This document shows positions 55,001 through 62,440 of a stretch of 64,000 nucleotides of DNA, one piece after another; the stretch's first letter is position 1, and each line of letters opens with the position of its first letter. Below the pieces are notes generated by a model. That model worked only from the letters and a program-made list of their open reading frames with translations. It did not search any database and was not told where the DNA came from. This stretch comes from Paramoeba atlantica (lineage: Eukaryota > Protista > Discosea): contig CDRNVI010000041.1 of NCBI GenBank assembly GCA_977017575.1, positions 409,898-473,897 on the forward strand. Reading direction: 5' to 3'. Position numbers and translations under genes: made by a program.

Positions 55001-56100
55001 CTTAAAGCTTTGTTTGGTAATTCGCATGTCCATTTCCGACTACTTGGACAAAGACTGTGCGCAGACTTACAGTCTATAGAACAAGAAAGTCCTTTAAGAC
55101 GGGCGGCCGCAATGGGATCTAGATCCTTATTTGTTATATGTGTCAAAGGTGCATTAAAGTCGCCCAGCACAATTAATGGGCGACGCGGGTTGCTTTCCCT
55201 TATTCTCAAGCAGCAACGTTCGAGTTCTCCGTAGAACTCCGTAACCTCGACGTCCTTAGAATCGCGTGTAGGAGAATATACGTTAATAACTGTTGCGACT
55301 CCTTCCTCCATCTCAAATTCACCCGGCATAATCCTTTCACTGATTTTAGATACCTTAGACAAGGGAAAAGTGCTGACGAATCCCATTCCATTGTATGCAT
55401 CCTTTGCGCGCGCTGGAATGAGGTTCAAGTGAAACTCTGCGTTCCGATATTGTACTTTGTGGTGAAGGACATCCGACTTTTCAGAAGATGGGAATCTGAA
55501 TCGCGTTTCCTGCAGGCCCAGAATATTTATTCCCTTCAGATCAATGAAGGCAAGTACTTCGCAAAGGTGTCCGCACTTTCGTAGGCTAAACTCGTCTTCA
55601 CCTTTCAGCTTAAGAGTAGTCACGTTCAAGGTTACCACACTCAACATTCTCTTCACAGGGGGGCCCCCAGGGCCCACCAAGTCACGTAGAGCACGTTTGC
55701 CAGACTGTGCCCTGTATTTGCGAGAGCGCTTTTTGAAACGACGTCTACGCTTAGGCGCACAAACCCGAGCAGCACAGAGGACGATGTGAGGACTACGTGG
55801 AGGGAACGGAAGCGTAAATCGCGAACACTGAGCGTAGCGAACACGCCAGCGGCTCGGCACCCAACTCTCTACTACCCCCTCCCAAACACTGTAGTTCGAT
55901 GAATCCGCGTACCTCCAAACCACCGCAAGCTTAGCGCCTAAACAAAGCAGTCGCATAATGTGTCCTAACGACCTCGCGCGGAGTTTAGCAGATTCCGTTC
56001 CACCCTTCGCAGGACGGAAAAGAATCCCCCGATCAAGCTTGGAACACGCAAGAAGATTCATAATAGCAGTGGGCATGCGTGCACCGGAAGCATCCGCCAT
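52021..56100 (-). CDS. APE endonuclease-RT-RNase H polyprotein (intact, 1359 aa)
   Basis: TLNVTTL, LQETR, NVYSPT, GDFNA, LDHIF; QYGFR, DFAKAF, LQGDVLAP, YADD; YTDGS, HTDS, KVKGHSG, NDEAD. Confidence 0.92.
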   Translation of the reverse strand: MADASGARMPTAIMNLLACSKLDRGILFRPAKGGTESAKLRARSLGHIMRLLCLGAKLAVVWRYADSSNYSVWEGVVESWVPSRWRVRYAQCSRFTLPFPPRSPHIVLCAARVCAPKRRRRFKKRSRKYRAQSGKRALRDLVGPGGPPVKRMLSVVTLNVTTLKLKGEDEFSLRKCGHLCEVLAFIDLKGINILGLQETRFRFPSSEKSDVLHHKVQYRNAEFHLNLIPARAKDAYNGMGFVSTFPLSKVSKISERIMPGEFEMEEGVATVINVYSPTRDSKDVEVTEFYGELERCCLRIRESNPRRPLIVLGDFNAPLTHITNKDLDPIAAARLKGLSCSIDCKSAHSLCPSSRKWTCELPNKALRQLDHIFICSRFASAIQRHKVIKAPIPTTHCCVIARIKIKWRVSDPKTNTNQLSWISLRNSEDRKNFINKVHDQYRATSNSCRSWGALAQYMKNAVKTFKKPTKRNLNKEAVKDSKIHDLRGLYHKSRNKKVFNALVKENKAEVEEIISDECLEIEKQLRKNHSNPWRTIRKICGQYRDTFSTNGSSRNDKLNEIRSYFMKFSGADDGDPNLSFELLPPPLVPISDAAFTSEELSTSLEHFRRGKTPGSDGIPMEALQDIAVHPDLRSHLLNIINQVHETGVTEEAWRNTLQIPIPKKGDLTNIENWRPICVVNSVVKLMNHMILSRIRPNIEKSLRGNQYGFRPNRATSGAQIIMNEIKTKAFRGQGLSVAFIDFAKAFPSVSFAAIKASLHAFRVGPCLSKMIMSIYDELKGTVRTSIGITKPFPITTGILQGDVLAPYLFVMVLDRILNKALDGKSDGVLLSSRGTRKRGLHEKRLSDIEYADDIALFSDTKSGLTNMIDNVAEESRKANLKLAVGANKTAWLTFGKSQMSSESLNSKFSGMIPKVTSYKHLGHRQENDFTSTVKDRLKLAWGSLFRMNGIWSSPLSPETKLRLYDSIVYPVLNFGTGALSISKSMLRRIDVEVNNMRRIVCQCNRLDEYGMSYPNASLYLETERFSTIHKVQRAKLVGHMLRHSSDFQELVQWKQSPNARNLSPSEACFKDLNITLEEALVFASDREHWYRLTEKLRRELEPLIEYEKIGSAKWKPALAKAKKQKSPSELQFVEESNVPFPAYKAIQIYTDGSVLPMKSTKEIRSGIGIVVLKPRCEPSRISIPLESDTIERVEILAFQHALLQLPSKPCACLFHTDSYYLWDFFHNLRYRRRIVGYKGVLNGDLFSQLDGKLRSLKHDLYSIYMCKVKGHSGNKWNDEADGLALIAARKVPRPPEQKKRKTSNDSNASQIDKSLEKLIKHRTLEKGKTKTNPAPKRGAEAKVTLCGKIAKTGGKRAPS

Positions 56101-56112
56101 TTTGCAAATAAA

Positions 56113-56416
56113 TTTACAAAAAACTTGATCTTACAAAAAACTTGATCTTTACAAAAAACTTGATCTTTACAAAAAACTTGATCTTTACAAAAAACTTGAT
56201 CTTTACAAAAAACTTGATCTTTACAAAAAACTTGATCTTTACAAAAAACTTGATCTTTACAAAAAACTTGATCTTTACAAAAAACTTGATCTTTACAAAA
56301 AACTTGATCTTTACAAAAAACTTGATCTTTACAAAAAACTTGATCTTTACAAAAAAACTTGATCTTTACAAAAAACTTGATCTTTACAAAAAACTTGATC
56401 TTTACAAAAAACTTGA
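56113..56416. repeat. 18-bp tandem array (GATCTTTACAAAAAACTT)n at the LINE 5' end, inside the TSD
   Basis: Directly visible, about 16-17 copies. Confidence 0.95.
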
Positions 56417-56780
56417 TAAGTTCCCTGCTTTGGCTGTGATTCGGTCCGCGTCCCAATTCGGTCCGCAAAGAAGTGTTGACATCGCCGCCGTTTCCTCCGC
56501 GCCTCTCGCCAGAATTGCTCATCATCCGATGGTAGAAAGGTAACAAAAATAAACTCTCAAAACTTAACAAGCATACACTTTCTATAAAGCTCACACTACT
56601 GTTCGAAACCAAGAATCCATATTCAAACACTATAATTAACTCATAAACAAGACGTCATGACTATAACCAAAGAAAACAAAGTAACCTTCCCATCACACAA
56701 CTTCTCACCTCTCAGCTTGCGAACGGGTCACGCGGGGACCACCCGCGTGAACCAACGTGAACGCGGGAACCACCCGCGTA

Positions 56781-57453
56781 TCGCCAACGATATCCGCAGT
56801 CCGAGCGGACACCCAAAACCGAGCAGAAGAGGATTTTCAAGGCTCAAGATTCCAGGCACCCAATTCGGTCCGCGAAGAAGTGTTGATATCGCCGCCGTTT
56901 CCTCCGCGCCTCTCGCCAACGATATCCGCAGTCCGAGCGGACACCCAAAACCGAGCAGAAGAGGATTTTCAAGGCTCAAGATTCCAGGCACCCAATTCGG
57001 TCCGCGAAGAAGTGTTGACATCGCCGCCGTTTCCTCCGCGCCTCTCGCCAACGATATCCGCAGTCCGAGCGGACACCCAAAACCGAGCAGAAGAGGATTT
57101 TCAAGGCTCAAGATTCCAGGCACCCAATTCGGTCCGCGAAGAAGTGTTGATATCGCCGCCGTTTCCTCCGCGCCTCTCGCCAACGATATCCGCAGTCCGA
57201 GCGGACACCCAAAACCGAGCAGAAGAGGATTTTCAAGGCTCAAGATTTCAGGCACCCAATTCGGTCCGCGAAGAAGTGTTGACATCGCCGACGTTTCCTC
57301 CGCGCCTCTCGCCAACGATATCCGCAGTCCGAGCGGACACCCAAAACCGAGCAGAAGAGGATTTTCAAGGCTCAAGATTCCAGGCACCCAATTCGGTCCG
57401 CGAAGAAGTGTTGACATCGCCGACGTTTCCTCCGCGCCTGTCGCCAACGATAT
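56781..57453. repeat. 129-bp tandem array, about 5.2 copies
   Basis: Same unit as 45979-46623. Confidence 0.95.
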
Positions 57454-57488
57454 GGGGCCGGCGCCCCGCCCAGACATAGTGGTTTAAT

Positions 57489-57743
57489 AGTGGTCTTAAT
57501 ACAAAAAGTGGTCTTAATACAAAAAGTGGTCTTAATACAAAAAGTGGTCTTAATACAAAAAGTGGTCTTAATACAAAATGTGGTCTTAATACAAAAAGTG
57601 GTCTTAATACAAAAAGTGGTCTTAATACAAAAAGTGGTCTTAATACAAAAAGTGGTCTTAATACAAAAAGTGGTCTTAATACAAAAAGTGGTCTTAATAC
57701 AAAAAGTGGTCTTAATACAAAAAGTGGTCTTAATACAAAAAGT
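57489..57743. repeat. 18-bp tandem array (GGTCTTAATACAAAAAGT)n
   Basis: Same unit as 45530-45828, about 14 copies. Confidence 0.95.
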
Positions 57744-59094
57744 CAATGCGTCATACGAAGTAAATTTGGCTGGATCCGTGATAGGAGCAATTGAAATTTT
57801 CTCTGCATCTTCAACCCTACGTCCTCCCGGCATCCGTGCACGGACAGAGATGATATGAAGTTCATAGTAGTGAATTTCGGGAAACGGGAAGTCATACGCC
57901 ATTCCACCTTGTTGTTATGTACCTTGTTGATCTTTTCAGTCAATTTCCCCCATGCACCCCTTCACCCCTGGGGAAATTAAGTCCCCCTTCCGCCTCCCAC
58001 TTCACCCCTAGCGCCGCCCCCTTCGCCGTCCCCTCCACCCTGCTCCGTCGCCCCCCCGCGACCTGTTTCGCCCCCCCTCTTGGGGAGGGAGCTTGAGCTA
58101 CCCCATGCGCCGCCGCCGCCGCGCTCCCCGCCGCGCTCCCGCCGCGCCACCATTTCCGCCCCGTTTTCGCCGCCTTCTTTCGTCACCGCTTCGCCGGCCC
58201 TTTCTCCGTCCCCCCAGTCGCCATTCCCCTCCCCGGCCCATTGTGTGGAGCTACCCGGTGTCAGCAAAACAAGGCGCCAAGAAACTAGGGTAGTCTCCAT
58301 ATGCAAAAATTTAAATTGTGAAGGGCACTGGTCGAGCTCCACTGTGAGCCCCGCTGGTGAGAGAGCCTCGCAAGCTCCACACACCCTAGCGTGAGTCATC
58401 CCTGGTGGTGGAACAGAATATAACGACTGTTCCACTACTTCTTTGCCCCAGGATGCGAATCCATCGGGCATTGAAGTCACGGATGACAAGTCAGACCATG
58501 CAACCTGACAGGTATTGCTTGTCTATCTGCGAGTGCGGCATCCCACTGGGAAAGTCTGCGCGCGACTGACAGCGTACCACCCACGGAGTACGGTAATACC
58601 CGGTGCCGTTTCACACGAGCACTAAATAACTAGGGTGTACTCTGAACCCATAGCCAGTCATGGCCAAACGGGTTAAACAACAACAACATACGCCATTCCA
58701 GGTTCATCCGCCCACTTAGCCTCCAGATCGCCGGAACCATCCTCCTTAAGAGATATGTTGCCCAGTACCGTCTCGCGATGAGCTTCGCCAATATGTCCCC
58801 AGACAGCCTGAACGGTCACCTCATAGCCCTTCATCAGAATGCTCCTAACTTTGGAGGCAAATTCCGCCTTCGCTCCCTCCGTCATCGTTTCCCCTCCATC
58901 TCCTTCCCGGAGCAAGGCCGCCACCTGTTCCGGATTGAGAAGTACTGGAGAGTACGCCGCGCCTCCCCTTGAACTAAAGGATCTTGTGGGGGAGGGCTGT
59001 CTTGTCGTCCCATCGATAGGGTACGACGAACGGAGTTGATAATGCCCGACATAGGGGAGAAACGATTTCGTAACAACAAGGTACAGAAACTGTA
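57744..59094 (-). pseudogene. Disrupted YR gag (SL-bearing 5' end, split by a SINE, truncated by the 18-bp array)
   Basis: AEFASKVRSILMKGYEVTVQAVW...MAY|DFPFPEIHYY...RARMPGG aligns with gag at 27212. Confidence 0.8.
57907..58686 (+). mobile_element. SINE-like insertion with SL remnants, (CAA)n tail and 14-bp TSD
   Basis: TSD CATACGCCATTCCA at 57893-57906 and 58687-58700; CCTTGTTG and TGTACCTTGTTG at the 5' end. Confidence 0.8.
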
Positions 59095-60109
59095 CGATTT
59101 CGTAACTGTTTGAAATTGAATGTCTCTATTACACAAGAAATAATATTTGATATAATCCGATCAAACTAGAAAATTCAATAATAACTAGATCAATTAAAAC
59201 ATTCTCTCCGATAATTTATTATTTTTAGGCTCTTCGTTAAACGCGGTGGTTGCTTTTAACTTAGAAGTCACTCATGCTGCGCGCTTCGCGTTGAAAACTA
59301 CCGCCGCGTTTAACGAAGAGCCTAAAAAAGAAAATTTAGCCTGGAAAACGGAAAGATTAAAGGCAAAAATAGCCGAATTTCGGGTAAAAATGGGGTGATT
59401 TTCGCGTATTTTTGCTGTCAGAGCACCAAATCCGACATTTGCGCGTGGGAAATCACTCGTAGGCATGAATGAAAGCCTACCGAACGTATTGGGTAGAGAA
59501 TGCGACTCCAACCATACCATTCTTTCGACACAAAAATGCCCCTTTAGGTCCGAAAAATACTTTTTCACCTTTTTTAGTCAAAATTGGGTCATTTTGGGGG
59601 GCGCACCACGGTTCGAAGAAGTGATACCTTGCGAAAACAACTGCGGAGAAAGCTAGTGTAGGTCCCAAACTATCGAAATACAATAGGGGAAACGATTTTG
59701 GAAAAATATTTTTTTTGTCATTTTTTTCGCCAAACTGAATTTTTTTTCAAAATTTTTTTTCCGAAAAAATCCGAACTTGGCGGACCCGTCATGCGGATAC
59801 GCGGGGGGGTCACCCCGGGGTAGGGGGGTGGAAAATGTGCGCCAAGACCCCGGCTACCCTTTCTGCAGTTTTTCTTCGAAAAAATTTGCTCGACCATGCC
59901 CCCCCCCCCTGGACCCCCCCCCTGGACCCCCCCCCTGGACCCCCCCCATGGACCCCCCCCATGGACCCCCCATTTTTTTCAAAATTTTTTTTCAGTTTTG
60001 GTCCACCGGAGCCCCCTTTTATATTTTTTTCTTCTATTATATTACTGTGTTCCTCTTTATATTTTCACTGTTTTTGTTCACTTCTTTTTCAATAATCGAG
60101 TGTAGAGCG

Positions 60110-60207
60110 GTAGTTTTACAACCACCGCAATCATACTATGTGCCCCGAAGGGCCACCACTCATCACGTATAATAAAAGTCGTCTAAATTTCAAATCGTAT
60201 ACTAATA
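60110..60207 (-). mobile_element. A-type left terminus of a further YR element
   Basis: Minus strand TATTAG..TTTGAAATTTAG..TGGCCCTTCGGGGCACATAG is homologous to the family-1 A repeat; it lies upstream of the gag at 57744-59094. Confidence 0.65.
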
Positions 60208-60365
60208 GAGTATTAGGAGGAAGAGGAGGATGGGAGTAGCTTGGCTAGCGCATCGTCTTTGGCTAGGAAAGAGCAAGCAACTAGGTGGAAGAAGCAAAGT
60301 GAAAGAAGAAGCAAAGTGAGAGAAGACTGGGGGAGGGAGAGTATTCGAACACACTTAGTGACCTT

Positions 60366-61172
60366 CTAGAAGCGAAGTCCACCTATCCAGTTATCCTTCG
60401 GAATGTACTCACGTAGTTGAGATACCACCGTGTATGCGGACATCTTTTCAATCTCAAGTTGAAATCCCTGTCGTACATTGTCGTAGTTCATTTTTGCGCG
60501 CTGCGCTATTGCCTTCAAAAGTGCCTTGGTGTCATTGTGTAGAAGGCCACAGTCTGAGGTGGCCAGACAACGGAAGTATTCACTATCGGCACCCTTTTCG
60601 GAGACATATTTCTTTATTTTTCGATCGATCGCTTGTTGTATGAGTGCTGTATCAACTGGTAGCGGCGATGGGAGCCGATTTTCTTCTGCCGCGTTTTGCG
60701 CATGTCCGGTAGTTTGTGGCGTCGCATTAACGTCTGCAGTTTCCGCTAAGATGTCAAAGGCGCGTACGTCGTGTACATAACCTTCCCCATTGTAGGTGTA
60801 GCCTCTACTCATCATTTTCGTGTGAAATGCTTTGCGCTCGTGTGTCCAAGGAGATTCTCTTTGTGACTGAAGTGTTTCCGCAGGCTCGTTTCCGGTGTTG
60901 AAAACTGCTCCGATGGCTTGTGCGGCGACAGCGCACGTCTTCTTAATTCGGATACGCCATTTTCCTGTTTCTTTTGGCTTTCCTGACGACAGCTCCGCGG
61001 GTGGTTGTTGCTCTGCGGACGGCAGCTGGGTCTCTTTGTCCGCAGGTGTTAGCGTTCGGTCTGTTCTATGTGTTATCTGTGGCGTGGGCGCCGACTGTGT
61101 AGGTTCCGATTGTGGACGCGGAGGTTCCGTTTGTGGAGATATTAGGACCATAACATAAGCCGTAAGAGCCAC
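60366..61172 (-). pseudogene. Internally deleted D-family derivative (low-complexity N-terminus fused to RLE C-terminus)
   Basis: KKYVSEKG..FRCLATSDCGLLHNDTK..SAYTVVSQLR matches the D C-terminus. Confidence 0.75.
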
Positions 61173-61279
61173 GTAACATAAACTTTCATACTTCAGAACA
61201 ATAAGGAATTTTTTTTTTGCCAGAAGAGCTCAACAAGCAATACGCCGCACAAAGGGTTATGCTCCCAGAGGAAGTAGAG

Positions 61280-62438
61280 AGTCAAGTTTTTTTTTTTTTT
61301 AAGGGGGAGAAGTATGAATCGCGGCATTGCCTCTATATTTTGACCCAGTAGACGAACCAAGTAGGTCCATTGGGGGGGGTATATGAGTTGAAAACAAGCA
61401 ATCAAATTAGCAATTCTTTTTGTTTCCACAGATGTACCTTTTGTTTTTTCTCAGCCCAAAACTAGAAATTTAATCTCCCCTAAGTATATACTACAAACAA
61501 GAAACAGTAAAAACTAAAACAAGCAATACAGACCCAATCCATTCGCGCGTTCCGGACCGGGTCTTTCGACCACTCCACAGCCTGACTTGTGAACCCTTCC
61601 CTTGCTATATGGGAGGGCGCAGGCGCGGGCCTGTGTCGACAGCGACACGGTCGCGAAACAGGATGCTGGCCGACGGGGAGGAGATTCACTACCCGTGTAC
61701 TACCTCACTTGGGGTACCTAGCCCTCACGGACTAGGCGTGAGTATAGACTCTGTCGACCCGACCAGCACCCGTCCTGGATACCATGGCGTCTTCGTGCTG
61801 AAATAGGGCTGTCAGACCGAATCCCTACCTATCTCACATTGGGGTACCTCACTCACGAAGGCGAGGCGTGAGAATAGGCACTGTAGGCTCGATCGCTCCT
61901 GCCGGACCGCCGCTGGCACGATTTGGTGTGGTGTCAGAGGGTGCCTCGTGCAGTAAAGCGAGCCTGGCATGGATATCCACGTCTGCCATGCGTCTTACAA
62001 GCATTCGTGCCTGAGACCGCATGAGCGTAACGTTCATGTCCTGGAGAAGAAAAAACATTGACGCTTGCTCGGACATATCACCCTTACATGCTGCGGCTCT
62101 TTTTCCCGCGATCTTCTTCAGCATATGGAGGGACGTCGGACTCCATGATCCGTACGATTCCACTACCATGGCGGTGAAACCATGTCCGGCCTCTAGAGCC
62201 TCTTGCCTTTGTCCACGCTTGTGGATGGCAGGGGCGATGGTGGTGGCGGCGATGGGGGCGGCGGTGAGGGCGGCGATGGGGGCGGCGTTGAGGGCGGCGA
62301 TGGGGGCGGCGGTGAGGGCGGCGATGGGGTCGGCGCTGGCGGGTGCTTTGGGAGCTTCTTGCGGCGCGTGGGGGGAAGCGATTGAACAACGGGAGCTACC
62401 CCCGTATTCTTCGCCGTGGCACGCGTGAGCATGCCCAT
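61280..62438 (-). mobile_element. Internally deleted LsmAD-family CRE derivative (Pro-rich 5' ORF, RLE C-terminus, shared 3' UTR, poly(A))
   Basis: HKRGQRQEALEAGHGFTAMVVESYGSW...MRSQARM; 3' UTR at about 61300-61770 matches B and C. Confidence 0.75.
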
Positions 62439-62440
62439 CT

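Larger units (their letters stand above)
51813..56416 (-). mobile_element. Full-length RTE/Ingi-type LINE with 10-bp TSD, inserted into a D-family copy
   Basis: TSD TAAGTTCCCT at 51803-51812 and 56417-56426; (GGATT)n tail; D sequence continues on both sides. Confidence 0.9.
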
